DNA of 64,000 nucleotides from Antedon mediterranea. Its lineage: Eukaryota > Animalia > Echinodermata. This document shows positions 13,301 to 27,365 of the stretch, piece by piece (positions within the stretch are counted from its first letter, which is position 1; each line of letters begins with the position of its first letter). The notes beneath the pieces are model-generated. The model did no database searches. It had not been told where the DNA came from and worked only from the letters and a program-made list of their open reading frames with translations. Where the stretch lies: NCBI RefSeq assembly GCF_964355755.1, contig NC_092676.1:1431788-1495787 (forward strand), written 5' to 3'. Both the position numbers and the translations under genes were made by a program.

Positions 13301-16300
13301 TTACATTGAAATTTAGAAATGTATTAAGTCAATCTCTTGTGTAATAGACACATATAGTTCGTGTAATGTGTATTAACTATCAGAGACATTAATACCAAAC
13401 ATACGTACAATTAGACATCAATTCGATATTGTTGCAAAGGCGATAGAAAATCACATGATTTTAGCATTTCGACCTTATTTACATTGTTTGGTATGCTATT
13501 GATTATCGTATGAAAACGCATTTAATATGGGGAAACAATCACGAATGGAATTAATTTCCACAACCAACTTAATATATGGACAAGGATTTGCAACGATATA
13601 CCCGAAATACTTTCCCTTTCTGCGATTCGATTGACTTACCAAACAGGCTTAGTAACAATTGAAAGTGAATCCTTGTTGACCCCCTAGCAGATGTGTTCAA
13701 TTAACAAGGGGATGTGGTCGAGTCTTTCTTTTGTCGGCCTAAATTGAAAAGGTACATAGCTTGAGAGGGCAAGCAAGCCCCGGTCATATCTCTGCCATCT
13801 TTTCTCTAACGGCAGGTGAGAATATACGCGTTTCCGTTGTAACGCAATCCAAACGGAACAACGCAAATTAAACGCTTTTCCGTTTTCTGCTGCTCCCTCG
13901 TGTCGTTGACAGGGAGTGACCCTTCAATATCTATGGACTTTTACAGGAAAATGCCTGTGACGCACTATTGACGAATCCAGGGGACATGTTGACTGAATAA
14001 AGCTAAACGATCTTACTAAATAATTCTCACGTTTTAGACAGACACCGAGTCGAGGGACTTCAATATAGGCCTACTGGCCTATGGTACCTTTTTTAAATGC
14101 TCACGATCAGAAAACATTGTGGTCATATCTACGTTTTAGTCACCATATACTTACTTATACTTTTTAAGCATTGTGGTCAATCTACGTTTTAGTCAACCTA
14201 CATTTTCTCTTTCTAAGTATTTTGTAAAAATGTTTCTCTATTTCGAGAAATGTCTCACACTGTAGTTACAAACAACCTGTGCAATTTGGACTAATACACC
14301 TTTTTGCACAAAACAATTAATTAAATAATAATTGTTAGTGTAAAAATGTATAAATTAAATAATTGTAGGCCTACGTAAACTTAAAACGATTCATTGAAAT
14401 GATAAACATTTGTGGGGAGAGAGAGAGGGACGCAATTCGTCGGCGGAAGGAGGAACAATCCTTAAGCGGCATCTTATTCATGTTTATTGAAGTTTAGAAA
14501 TTGTATTCGTGATTTGATTCGTGTATTCGTGATGACCAGTAACTCCTTTTAATACAGTAGAACCTTTTGGACACCCGGTGCCCTAAAAGAAGAGGACAAT
14601 TTTGTTGGTCTGAAGGTGTTTATACATAAATAATAATTAGGTCTACAGGCAAATTTTAGTAAATCTCTGCTTAAACCTCGAATTATCAATTATGAATTTC
14701 AAAATCACAGCCTCTTCTTGCTGAAAGGTCGATCGGAAAACCCGCGTCCTGGTACGCATGCGCGTAAGCGACAAGATGGATAGATTAAATTGTTTATCGA
14801 GACCTTGACATATATCTCATTTTCCAATAAATCTATTCATCGGGGACTAAACTTGTTTTGTTTTATGTAGGTATCTGTCGTATCATATCTGTAATCGTTC
14901 AATTTTAGGATATAGAGATTAGAAATATTAAAATTGTCTAAATATATATTAAAGGGGATCTTTAATAGTGTGTAGTCCGACGTATGGCCACTACTTAATA
15001 GCAGTGATTTATTTACGATGTCACGAATAAGCCTATATTTGTATCGATTAAAAAAAGTGTCGCACCTTTAAATCTCTCTGGAAACCCTGATTTAAGTCCA
15101 GTTAAAATGTTGACATATCTTTGAGGTGTTGTGTGCGCGATTTGAGGTCTAAAACAAAATATTGAATTCATTTATATTTACGACATTCCGGTCTTGTTAT
15201 AGCATTTCGCTCTCAAAGTTTCCCATAAAAAAATTCAAAAAATGAAAGCGCCATCAACGGTAGTGTAAAGTTTTTGATCGATGACGTAATGCAACAACCG
15301 CTTGTTTGAAACTTCATCATTATTTAATATGTAGGTTTATTTCCATCGTTTAATTTCAAAAGAATTTAATTTCCCATAGCAATGTCTCCGAAGGATACAA
15401 CAAGTCTAAAATGTGACGTTTTATAAATATATTGACAGCGAAAAGAGCGCGTATCGCAAAATTTACAGTAGCTCTTTGAAGTATTGTAGGCCTACTTAAA
15501 ACGGGTGACGAGGAGCAATTCAAATGTCATTTCTAATACTCGTAATCGTATTGTGGTTTTGGGAAGTCAAGTCGTAGCGAAGCCGTATTAATTAGAATGA
15601 TGGAATACAAACAAGACGTTTAATTGATGATGTGAAGGGCCTGGCGCCGACACCGGTAGTTGAGTTCAGCTCTAAAGCAAATGCTTAGTTTAAAACAGTT
15701 GTTAGTTAAAGGAGAATTCTTTTCTTCTCGGCGAGGGCGCGATTGAATTTAAAGCAGTATTTTTCCTGTAATTTATTAATGTGGTAGTTCAAACACATAG
15801 GGAACATTCAATTTACAATCATGTAGGCCTACTAAGTTAATAAGTTAAGTTTATGGTTTGAAATAGAGTTAACCAAATACTGCGAAAGCTGTAGAACATC
15901 TTTTTAGGTGAGGTAGAGGCGTTTAATGTTGGTTACCACGCGCAAAGAAGTTCCACGTGACCACTCAAGACGAACTGACGCTTTCGATTGGTCAAATGCG
16001 TTGCGCGTACATCATTACGTTGTGTCTTTTGTGAGAAGGGCTCTTAAATGTGCTGTTTTTGGATCAACTCATTAAGTGATATGTCTACTATGGTATGCCT
16101 TCCTCCCCTTCATTACTCACACCTGCCCTCTCCCTCAATGACCACATCATTATCTATACACGACCTCGTTAAACGTTACACTATAATATTAGAATATTCA
16201 GCCTTATGAGTCACAGATCGATCACTTATACCTCTGACAGGCTGAGCATTCCACAAGTACATAATAACTTAATTATTTGTGCACTTGAAGCAATGCTTTG

Positions 16301-17620
16301 TCAGAGGCTCTTCGCCAAAAAAATGTACGCGTCGTATAACGTACTTCGTGCTCATATTTTACGCGTAATAAATTGTTAGCGTCTATCGAGAGGTGGGGCC
16401 CTGATGAACGCTGAGAGAGAGTCAGAGGAAATGCATTAATAGCTGTGAACGAAAGTAGTTTAGACAGGCAACCTTGGACGGCAGCCAGGCCTAATAATTC
16501 CGATTTATATCGGAGCCAAGTTGTGTACGTTGCATTCCGCCAATGTCGGTGATTTGCTTCGATGATATCTTTAATTGAAAAGTGTTCGGTGTAATAATGA
16601 ATTTTCATGTTCTATGCGAGTGGTGAAATCGAAGTATTTCGATAATAAAGATAAGCTTAATAGACATAGCTAATATAAACATAACCGACTTTCTTTGAAT
16701 TAGCACTTCCGATCGTCCACTGTCAAAGTTGATTATTATCGACAATTAGAGAGTCACGTGTCAATCAACTTTAAACCAATCGTTGATAGATATTCTGATC
16801 ACATGGTACTAACGTCACGCAATGCTAGTAGTAATGTAATAGTATAATAATATTTATTTAATGTAACATGTTTATCTAAACCACATACACGAGTACAGAG
16901 GCCTGACGTGACGTGTTGGTGTTTTTATGGGGTGTACATTTAAACAGTATATGACTCGATTTTTTCTCTTGTCAAATTTGTTGTTTCTTGTGATATTAAA
17001 GAATTGCAATTACTCAGAGTAGCATATAGGCCTAGTGTCTATTGGCATCGGTAAATTCCCGAGCGGCATTGATACCTACACAGAGAGGTCCCCAAAAAAG
17101 CTAATTGTTTCTGGAACCAATCCTAATATTTTCTAAAAAGATCTGGTTTTTAAAATATTCTCAATGTACCGCTTTCATACGGTTTAATACGCCACGATCT
17201 AACCTATTCTCGAATAAGTTGGCATATACAGTATAGGCCTAGAACAATCCAAGGCTATATGAAACGATAAAGATAACGCCAGCCAATCTCATATCTTCAC
17301 AATCCGGTTTTGTCAATCAGTTCTGTGTTGATGTTCCACCACTTCCCATCCCCTTCTTATAAATATGAATTATTTTATATTGTGTGATGACATCTGTTTT
17401 TGTTGTTTTACACTTTTTTTTTGCTGAATCAGTATATTTTGTATTATATTATTTGGCATGAGTTCAGTGAACAACATGCCAAGCTGAATGAGTATCAGGA
17501 AGAAGACGTGTTCCGTAAACAAGCCCAGACTATTAGATAACAATCAAGTATGTTTCCTTGGCGTTCCATACATTGGTGACTCATTCCATGTTGTAAAATA
17601 TATAATAAATATTCTTCTCT

Positions 17621-17780
17621 TGTCTACACTATAAAACTTTATTTGACAAAAAAATGTAATGTGCCCATATATGGACACGATGATGTCATATCACTACCAT
17701 ATTTGAGTATTAGGCCTACTGCAATATTTGGCCACATCATACATGTTTTGTCAAACTAGTTTGATAGTGTAGACAGAGCT
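17621..17780. mobile_element. MITE family 1 copy carrying a GGCCTA insertion
   Basis: TGTCTACACTATAAAAC..GTTTGATAGTGTAGACAGAGCT. Confidence 0.8.
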
Positions 17781-18518
17781 TAAAATATGAGAAAGCCGAC
17801 TCTATGCATCCAACACATTTGGGATGATCTTAATATTTTTCGTGACCTAGTTAAAAATAAATCTTAATATGTCATTTAAAAGATTCACATCTTGGAAATT
17901 GCCGAATTTGAAATCACCGAATTAAGAATTGATAACACTATTTTATTGTAGTACTATAATGAGGGGCTTAAATAGTGTCAGTATAGAAAATTGACACTTA
18001 ACACAGGCACGTGTATTGTTTCTATGATACTGTAGTGTATTTTATTTTCAATATCAATCCATTTTACTTTTTAATGGAGATTGTCAAATACACAACGCCC
18101 CAACTTAGCATAAACGCCCTCTCTTGGGAGAAAACTTCCGAAACAAAGTTTCAAGTTGTAGGCACACAATGCATGTTTAATATCCCAGGAGAGGTCAGTT
18201 GCTAAGACTTGATCTGTGCCCCTGATATGCACCAAGTCTTTAAACAAAACTTTGTTAAGAATTAATTCATTGTTTGGAATGACATGTGAGAATGCGTCAC
18301 GTCAACACGTCCAATACACGTACGTTTTATTTTGTCTTTTCGTTCTCTAAATAATACAAAGATGAAAAGTATATAAATAACCTATTAATTGTAATTTATT
18401 TATTTTCAATGGTGTCTCCCGATCCAAACCATTCAAATTTAGAAAAGTGAGGATGTTAAAATCTTGAAAGCTGGAAAAAAGTGAACCTTTAAATTAAAAA
18501 AAAATATATACACAATCG

Positions 18519-18684
18519 AGCAACAGAACACTAAACTCGCCTTACCAAGATAGAAACTCATAACAGTCTTTGATCTTATGTCTGTCTGTATATATTCTCC
18601 GCGACGCGCGGTGTCTGATAAGGGGCGTGGAACTGATCGTGTCGCATCCACAGATAAACCTTTTGATCTCCGGAGCTCAGCATT
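18519..18684 (-). mobile_element. Dispersed repeat family 3 (unclassified)
   Basis: Shares CAGATAAACCTTTGATCTCCGGAGCTCAGCAT and the adjacent ~150 bp with 24729-24910 (opposite strand) and 33493-33650. Confidence 0.7.
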
Positions 18685-18877
18685 ATGTTGTTAAATTGCC
18701 TTGGTACTAGTAATACTACTGATTAGATTGCGTCGATGCTTAACACAATTCGAAACATCTTGATCAAGTGCTTATTGTTACAGGAGGCCTATGTATTGTT
18801 TGAACACTAAAAACGATATGATGTTCAGCACATTAATTCTCGTTAGTATGTTCTTTTGTAGTTAGCGTGCCTCCTTA

Positions 18878-19029
18878 AGCGTGGTTCCCACTAGAACGTA
18901 ACGCAAGGACGTAAACGCAACGCAAGCGTTTTAACCAATGGCAAGCGAATATAAGCCATCGCTTGTGATTGGTCAATTCACTTGCGTTGCGTTACGTCCT
19001 TGTGTTGCGTCGCTAGTGGGAACCACGCT
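18878..19029. mobile_element. MITE family 2 (Harbinger-like), near-perfect palindrome
   Basis: AGCGTGGTTCCCACTAG..CTAGTGGGAACCACGCT with TTA duplication. Confidence 0.85.
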
Positions 19030-19893
19030 TTAATGTTCGTTTGGCGTTACTATTATTCTGTTTACATGGCATGAAATATTATAAGACATTAAAAAAACTT
19101 CAGAACAGTAGGCCTATGCAAACATTATGGGGATAGACGATGATAGTGTGCAGCAGCAGGAAATATGTTTGTGATCGTCGCTCGATATCACGCTCAATTT
19201 AGCATATCATGTAAAAAAGGTTATACTGTCATATAATACATTTAGATTGTGAAAGATTATTGGTTGGTTTGGCTGCTGGTGAACACGTGACATTTCACAT
19301 TCATCAATGAGTATACCAGATGGTGGTGATATGCCAATGACATTCGTTTACCGTAAAAGGAAATTTGACTTCCTTATTTGGCCTCTTTTACCTTATTTGG
19401 CGCTGTATAGCAGTTTTGTTGGCAACTGTAGTAAGCAACTATTAAATTAAATTTTAAGAAGCGTGGGATAAGCAGGGGACTTTTGGGGTGTGGGTTGTGT
19501 TGGAAGAAGGTTTAGATAAATTCATAATCACTATTTTCAATAAATAAACAGTAAAACAACACCATAATAGCCATTGGTAACATGTATTTTAATGAAAAAA
19601 ATACATGAATTGGTAGCACCTAGACTTGCCTCAAGTCTTTTTTAATTGGCTTTGTTAGTCTACCAGTCGGCGTTTCGATTTTTGTCCGAAAATACGAGCT
19701 AATGTATTATACGTATGAAACGCCATATGTGCCAAAATATTTATCTTTTTACTAATTTCGATCCACAACCAAGGCTTCAGCCATGTTTAGTCAATATTGC
19801 ACAATATGTTACTCTATATCATCAAGTTTATTCAATTCAATTACTTAATTGTCCAGTTTATAATGTACTGTAGTATCTATTTTATTAACAATA

Positions 19894-21193
19894 TCACGTA
19901 ACTATTTGATATTTATTTCGTAATTTGATAATAAATTGTAATAGGTACATCTGTAATTTGATTTCTTGAGGATTGGTGGTGGGGAAGAAGCCAAGAACCC
20001 CGCTCTCTTGTAGCGTCACCTGTTGTTCATTCACGCGTTCATCCAACTGATTTACAATTTTTTCATCTAAGTTCTGAAGCTCTTCTTTTAGTCTTTCTTC
20101 AAGTTCCTATTATTATAATAAACAAAATATTTATATTAATGAAACCCGTAATGAAACCATCCAATATATACCAGAGATATATTGTCGGATAGAGGGCGAA
20201 ATACAAAGAGATGAGAGGTACCTCCATATTATGTTATATTAAAATGTACTGCAAATAAAAACATCAAACCAGTTTAGTTTTTTATTAATTTGTCTATATG
20301 TAAAACATGCAGCATCTATACCTCCCTGTACATTATAATAGTTGCCAATGGTGGAATACTCGCCTGTTTTTCCCTCTCATTGGTTGCCTTGACAACATTC
20401 AAGTGATGCAGTCTGTTCTGACATGCTAGTAAATTAGCTTGGTGCATTCTTGCTTGTTCCAACTTTTGAACTGAAAAAACCTCTTTCTGTTAATTTTACT
20501 TTTCACATGTTTTTTTTTTTGTGATGTAGTGCAATTTACTGTACTAATTTATGTATTTAAATATAGAGGGCAGCAAACATTGATATTGCATGTACCACAC
20601 TACCAAACTGGTTTGACAAAAAAAGTGTGATGTGCACAAATATGGTAGTGATATGACATCATTATGTCCATATATGGGCATATTTTTTTTGTGATAGTGT
20701 AGGCTTTAGATTTTTATATTGAAAGAATATTACAAGTAATTTATTGAAATAAACCTTTAATTGAATTTAGCAGTTTAGAACGCTGATCTAGCATCTTTTT
20801 TTCAGTCATTTGTTGAATTTCTTCCAAGTACTGAACAATTTCAAAAACGGTTCCATCAAGCAGAGCAAAGGCAAGATTTGACAATGTTGTATATGGAAGT
20901 CTTTGCTGGAAACTTCTGTAAAAAAAAAATTCATTTAAAAAAATCATATTATTGATCCCATTATTAGGTTCCCTATTAATGAAAATTGTACCATGAATTT
21001 GAATTTTTTTTTTTAAATCTAGATTGGATGATTATTGATTAAAATATATTTTTGTTAATTTCATATCTGCTATGCCATCAACTTACAAGGGTAAATCTCT
21101 AGACATTTCTTGAAAATCATTTAGCAATGCGTAATGTCGGTCTTGCTTTTCTTTATTAGAATAGTCTCCTCCAGATGATGATGATGGTTCCAT
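19894..21193 (-). CDS. DGCR6: DGCR6/gonadal family protein, ~195 aa
   Basis: Exons 21193-21087, 20915-20755, 20470-20364 and 20106-19894. Recognisable segments: [40 protein letters not shown] and [36 protein letters not shown]. Intron 3 requires a GC donor. Confidence 0.9.
20597..20707. mobile_element. MITE family 1, degenerate copy (DGCR6 intron)
   Basis: Internal GTTTGACAAAAAAAGTGTGATGTGC..AAATATGGTAGTGATATGACATC. Confidence 0.7.
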
Positions 21194-21399
21194 CTTCTCA
21201 GATCTTATTCCTTCCTAGTACTACTAGTAGTATAGTAGTGTAGGTCTAACTAGGCTGGAATCTAGGGGGAAAATGTTTTACTTTAGTTCCACATAATTCT
21301 TCATAAAGATTAAGTCTAGGCCTAATTTAATCTCAACTTAAAAGAGTAAGGGTAAAGTTCAGGTAAAACAGTGTATGGATGGGGGCGAAACGACTCGAG

Positions 21400-21970
21400 C
21401 GAGAGTTTAACACTACAGCAGAGCAATACAACAGGCGACACAAACATCAGATACTCTATCAGGCCTACGCTAAGCCTAGACCGATTTTGTGAAATTGAAG
21501 GCTACCAGCATCATCCCAACTACAGAAAAATTATTAAAAAAACATAATATTGGGATTCGTTGGTTTAATTTACCCTATTTAGTCCTACTAAACGTAATTT
21601 ATAAAGTCCTGTCCTGATTTTGACCTTTTGGCCGACTTCTTCTTTAAAAATTAATGTAGCGCCCTCTTTGGCAAAACATACTTCCGGTGGTAATTTAAAA
21701 AACGTTGATGGATCATATGGAGTAATATTCAAGGAAACCCTTATTTATTAATGTTTTTTATAATTAAATACTAATTACATTACATTTAATGTTACTTTAC
21801 CGAAATTATTTGAAGTTATAGTCTAGAAAATAGCTAAATAAAGCATGCCCTGTTTAGCGCCTCCTACCTGCTGCTGAACAACTAGCCAATCACAGTCTGC
21901 TATTTTGTCCCTTTAAATCTCGCTCAAATTTTAAAATTTTAATTCTCAGCTGGTTTTCAGAGAGAGGTGA
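21400..21970. promoter_or_regulatory. Divergent DGCR6/KPNA2 promoter region
   Basis: Head-to-head genes. ETS-like ACTTCCGG (~21680), CCAAT (~21886), CHR-like TTTAAA, and a probable non-coding KPNA2 exon ending at donor 21966|GTGAGC. Confidence 0.6.
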
Positions 21971-22887
21971 GCGTGTTTTTTTGATGATGATTTTTTTTTT
22001 CATAATTTGTTTTATTTCTAATTATTAATCCATTATTAATGTTAATTTAAGTTGTTCTTGATTTATTGTTTTCTTTTTATCGGTTATTTTAAGTTTGATA
22101 TTGAATTTATTTCATTTAAAAATCATACACCACGAGAAAGAGATCATAACTTGTTTTACACGCGGCTGCTACACAGTTTTAGTGCAGCGCCGTCTTAGTT
22201 GTCTAGAATCTTCCTATGGCTAGGCTAGTGAGGGTACCTAAACTAGAGGTTTATATTTACAGTATAGGCTAGGCTGGGTCTAGGCTAGGCCTAGGCTAGC
22301 TAGCCTAGGTTTTAATTACCCTTAGTTAGTAGACTAGCTAGGCCTGTAGAGCCTACCTAGGCTAGGCCTAGTATAAGTAGGCTAGCCCTCTAGGTAGGTT
22401 TAGGCCTACCTACTAGACCTTAGGCTAACTCGAATCTCTGTATTTTTTCTAATCTCTGTTCTGACATTGCTTTTTTTTTGCTATTTAAAAAATGTAAATA
22501 GAATAGAAATGAATGTGTGGAGATAATTGATGATATTGATAAATCATAAATGATGTGCAGAAAACTGCTAAGGTGGTCTAGCCTTGCCTAAATAAATTCA
22601 AAGTAGGCCTAGCCTAGAACTAGGCCTACATGTCATGATAATAGATAGGACTCTTCTTAATCTTGGTAAACACAAGCAATTTCCTGGAAACCTGAATAAT
22701 GATGCATATTAGACTGTATAAAAACTATATAAGCCTAGTAGTGTAGTCCTACTCCATTATTAAAAATTAACATTACAAATACAATTTTTAAATTTTTTTT
22801 TTTTCTTTTATTTCTTCAAGTATCAAAAATAAATTTTATAGTCACTCAGTTTTTCATCGAAACCGTTAGACACATAAACAACCAATC

Positions 22888-25800
22888 ATGTCGAACCAAG
22901 AAAACCGAATGAAATCCTTCAAGAACAAAGGTCGCGACAACCAGGTATACATTTTTTTTTATTACTGTATTAACAAATTTTATCTAAAATAAATGGTAAA
23001 GTGTCACATTAAATTTTATCCTTTTTTTTAAACACAGGAAATGAGACGAAGGAGAGCAGACGTTTCTGTGGAGCTAAGAAAAAGTCGCAAAAATGACCAG
23101 CTTCTAAAAAGGAGAAACGTGACCGTTGATAATGAACCCACAAGTCCGCTCCAACAACAAAAACAGGTTTGTTATTAAGCTTGCTTTAGCCATTGATCTG
23201 CTGATTGTATATTAATACATCATAATTATTCTTTTTTTAAAGTAAAAAATTTGAAAGTTAGCAAGATAGCTATTCTGGTTAAAAAGCTGAGAATTTCTTC
23301 TTTCTTTTTTTCCAATTTTAGTTATAAAGATTTTAAAGATAATGATTAATTCAGGAAAAAATGCATTTTCAACATCTTTTGTTTGATAATATAAAATAAT
23401 GTCTACACTATCAAATATGGTAGTGATATGACATCATCATGTCCATATATGGGCACATCACATTTGTTGTCACATCAAGTTTGATAGTGTAAACAGAGCT
23501 TAAGTTAACCATCTAATGACAGCTTTTCTCTTAACTATATTTAGCCCACCAATCAATTGTCCACATCAGAGATTGTGCAAGGTTTGAAAACTGTCAATTT
23601 CAAGGACACCAAAGCGTTATTCTTGGCGGTGCAAGCCATAAGAAAGCTGCTTTCACGTGAACTTCATCCTCCGATTAACGAAGTCATTGATGCTGACATC
23701 ATACCGGTATTGAAAGCGCTTCTAGATCGTAATGATGAGTATGTTGGTTTGTGTGATGTCTATTGTCCTCCTTAATTTTAAAGCCAAACCTATAACAACT
23801 TCTGTGATACAGCCAGCCCCTATTAGGACCAGTTGCCTCCTTTTACAGGCACCACATGTGGCACTATTATTTGACTGTGATACCGTCCTTCAATGCTACA
23901 CATTTGATGTAAATACAGTGTTCTTCATTTTATTGTAATTATTTAGACCCAGCATTCAGTTTGAAGCCGCCTGGGCTTTAACCAACATAGCATCTGGTAC
24001 ATCAGATCAGACAAGGACAGTGGTAAATTCCGGAGCTGTGCCAGAGTTCATTAAACTGCTCTCATCACCACATAAAAATGTGAGTGAGCAAGCTGTTTGG
24101 GCTCTAGGAAATATCGCAGGTAATTTCTCTTTACAAAAATAAGTTTACCTAGGCAATGTGGACCAAGAAGATTTTTGGGAAATTCACATTCTAACTAGGG
24201 ACCTGTCTACACTATCAAACTAGTTACCCAAATATGGTAGTGATATGCCCAAATATGGTAGTGATGTGCCCAAATATGGTAGTGATATGCTCAAATATGG
24301 TAGTGATATGACATCATCATGTCCATATATGGGCACATCACATCTTTTTGTCACATAAAGTGTAGACAAGACATTTGAAAAATATATTTAAAAAAACTTT
24401 TTCTTCCAGGTGATGGACCTGATATGAGAGACTATGTAATTCGCAACGGGGTAATCCCGCCCCTAAAAGCTTTGATTGGTCCAGACACCGCTGCAACTTT
24501 TCTACGCAACATCACATGGACATTTTCCAATCTGTGTCGTAACAAGAACCCGTCGCCACCAGCAGCGGTAGCACAAGCCGTTCTACCCACTTTGACTGAT
24601 CTCATTTATCACTGTGATAATGAAGTACTTGCAGATGCATGCTGGGCACTATCATACCTCACAGACGGCACCAACGATAGAATTCAGGTAACAATTTAAC
24701 CATTTGATCAAGGCAATCTAACAATCGGGATGCTGAGCTCCGGAGATCAAAGGGTTTATCTGTGGCTGTGACACGATCAGTTTAGACACCGCATGTCACA
24801 GATTATGTACATGGTATAGAACTGTTGATATTTGTTGCAGCCAGACATAAGATCAAAGGACTGTTACGACTTCCTATCTAGGCAAGGCGAGCTCAGTGTC
24901 CTGTTGTTAGGACTGCCTTGGCTTGAAGTTTCTTTAGCCATTATGAATGAAACAAGCACGAATGTGCAATACTCGGGGTACAGCGAAAGAAGCTGTAATG
25001 ACGTCATAAGACCGGATGTAACGTCACATACACATTAATAACCGCGCTACCAAATACTGCTATACGGTACCATCTTCGTGACGTCATGGCTGCATCCGGT
25101 ATGAAATTACAAAATCCGGCTCTATAGCTTTGAGGACATGTCCCTGTAGTATATTCATATGCTAAATCCGAGCTCAATACTACAATAGTGTCCAGATGGA
25201 GAAAATGAGTAAGTACTAGACTCGGGTACCCCGAGTTAAAATAGTAGGGACATTTAAAAATTTTTAAATATTTATAAAATTTATTTTTCCATTGTAGCAA
25301 GTTGTTGCTGCCAATGTAATTCCACGACTTGTTCATCTTCTTAGCTGTGGTGAAGTGTCCGTTATGGTGAGTGTTTATTCAAGTAGTTTTAAATAAATTT
25401 TATGTTATATATCGTGGCTATAGTAAATTTAAGAGAGATTGAAGCAATTTTTTAAATGTCATGTAATTGTAATATTTCAGACACCATCACTACGAGCTCT
25501 TGGCAACATTGTTACTGGAACTGATGAGCAAACACAGGTATGGGAGTTCTTTTTTACTGCTTGAGCTCTGTCTACACTTTCATTGTCAAAGAGTAATGTG
25601 AAAAAAAAATGTGATGTGCCCATATATGGACATGTCACATCACACTTTTTTGATAGTGTAGACAGAACTTAAGTTGGCAAATAAATATATAATTTCTATT
25701 TTTTTCTACAATATGTATATTTATTGCTCACTGTATTCCTATTCAGCCCTTAAAAACAAATTCTAAAAACATTTGAATACTGTGCACTCTTTTTCAGGCT

Positions 25801-27365
25801 GTCGTGAATGCGAATGCTCTAGGCGGTTTTAAGACACTGTTGGAAAGTAAGCGTACCAATCTATGTAAGGAGGCTTGTTGGACATTGAGTAACATAACAG
25901 CTGGCAACGTAGATCAGATCCAGGCTGTGTGCGAGGCATCCAATGGCAAACTTATTGAAGCTTTGGTTACAGTTCTTCAATCGGTAAGCTTTGGACACCC
26001 TAGCTCGCTAAATATTCTTCTAACATAAATTGAATCAAACTAGTTTGACATGGTAGGGATATAAAAACATCATGTCCATATATGGGCACATCAAAATTTT
26101 CAAAGTTTGCTAGTGTAGACGGAGCTTAACAACATAAATTGAATCAAACCTCTTGTATAGTAACGTTTAGTAGAGTAATGAAATCAACATTATATTGTAG
26201 GGTGAATACAAATGCCAGAAAGAAGCCTGCTGGGCTGTGTCCAACTTTACAACCGGTGCCAACGTTCAACAGATTGTGGCTCTTGTACGTGCTGGTGTTG
26301 TTCCTCCACTCTGTAAAATGCTTGATGTTAAAGAAGCAAAGATTGTTATGATTTCACTTGATGCTCTTAACAATATTCTTATCGTAAGTTTGCTTCTTTT
26401 CTTTTCATACGCATCCAACAGAAAGCACAAACTGACTTACAGGATGGATAAACTATTTTATAGTTTATCATGCTTATAAACTAAGTCTCATGTGAGGCTT
26501 AGGGAGTGGAGTTAAAAGATTCGTGAGTTGCAACCCTGGCACTAGGTCAGGATTGTACCACGGACCTTGGGATTGGAAGGCAAGCACCAAGCTACAGCAC
26601 CACTATTAATGATTTTGTTTACATTTGGTATACATGCATGCATGCATCATTTGTTTTATGAAATAGGCATTAATGTCTACATTTTTGCATGATTATGAAA
26701 TACCAAGGTAGCTTCAGGTGAAGTTTTATAATGAATAATTGGTAGCATCTCTTAACATTATTACATTATGTTGTTACAGGCAGCGGACAAACTAGAACAG
26801 AAGCCTAAGATTACTGCAGTAATTGAGCAGATCGGTGCTCTTGACACCATTGAGAAACTACAAACACATACCAACGAAGAAATCTACCAGAAGGCTCTAA
26901 ACATTATTGACAATCACTTCCCACTAGAGGTAGGTTGAAGCATAATTGACGTGAATAGCTTAAAGCTCTGTATACACTATCAAACTTTATGTGGCAATAA
27001 AATGTGATGTGACCATATATGGACATGATGATGTCATGTTGTATTACTGCTAATTATATATTGGGCTTATCAATACCATATTTGGGCCTATCACTACCAT
27101 ATTTGGACACATCACACTTTTTTGTCCAACTAGTTTGATAGTGTAGAGAAAGCTTAAGATAAAAAAGTTGGCGAAAGAACATTTTTGACTTTGCACATGT
27201 AGAATTGAATTCAATGGGAACGATAGAACCGTAGCATGTTTACCATTAATTTGTTTGATTTGTTAGGAGGAAGAGATTGTAGAAATTATGCCTGAAACAA
27301 ACCCGCAAGGAAACTTCCAATTGAACGTAGCGGCAAGCCAACCAGTAGGTGGATTTAAGTTTTAG
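22888..27365 (+). CDS. KPNA2: Importin subunit alpha, KPNA2/alpha-2 type
   Basis: Eleven exons: 22888-22944, 23038-23166, 23545-23738, 23947-24119, 24410-24687, 25298-25366, 25481-25537, 25798-25983, 26201-26383, 26780-26929, 27267-27365. IBB domain ([24 protein letters not shown]), ARM repeats ([27 protein letters not shown]) and a C-terminal GGFKF. Confidence 0.93.
23400..23500. mobile_element. MITE family 1, internally deleted copy
   Basis: GTCTACACTATCAAA..GTTTGATAGTGTAAACAGAGCT. Confidence 0.75.
24203..24370. mobile_element. MITE family 1 copy
   Basis: CTGTCTACACTATCAAACTAG, four 21-bp subrepeats, AGTGTAGACA. Confidence 0.75.
24729..24910 (+). mobile_element. Dispersed repeat family 3 copy
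   Basis: ATGCTGAGCTCCGGAGATCAAAGGGTTTATCTGTGG..CAGACATAAGATCAAAGGACTGTTACGA..GGCAAGGCGAGCTC. Confidence 0.7.
25564..25669. mobile_element. MITE family 1, deleted copy
   Basis: AGCTCTGTCTACACT..GATAGTGTAGACAGAACT. Confidence 0.7.
26500..26606 (-). mobile_element. Degenerate tRNA-derived SINE head
   Basis: A-box-like TAGCTTGGT and B-box-like GGTACAATCC on the minus strand. Similar heads occur at ~32040-32100 (+, GGTTCAAATCC), ~60730-60795 (-) and ~52760-52820 (-). Confidence 0.4.
26964..27154. mobile_element. MITE family 1, full copy
   Basis: TIRs present; TAA/TAA duplication. Confidence 0.8.

Noticed and set aside
16273-16608. 111-aa minus-strand ORF in the intergenic tract
   Set aside because: No recognisable domain or supporting splice structure; length compatible with chance.
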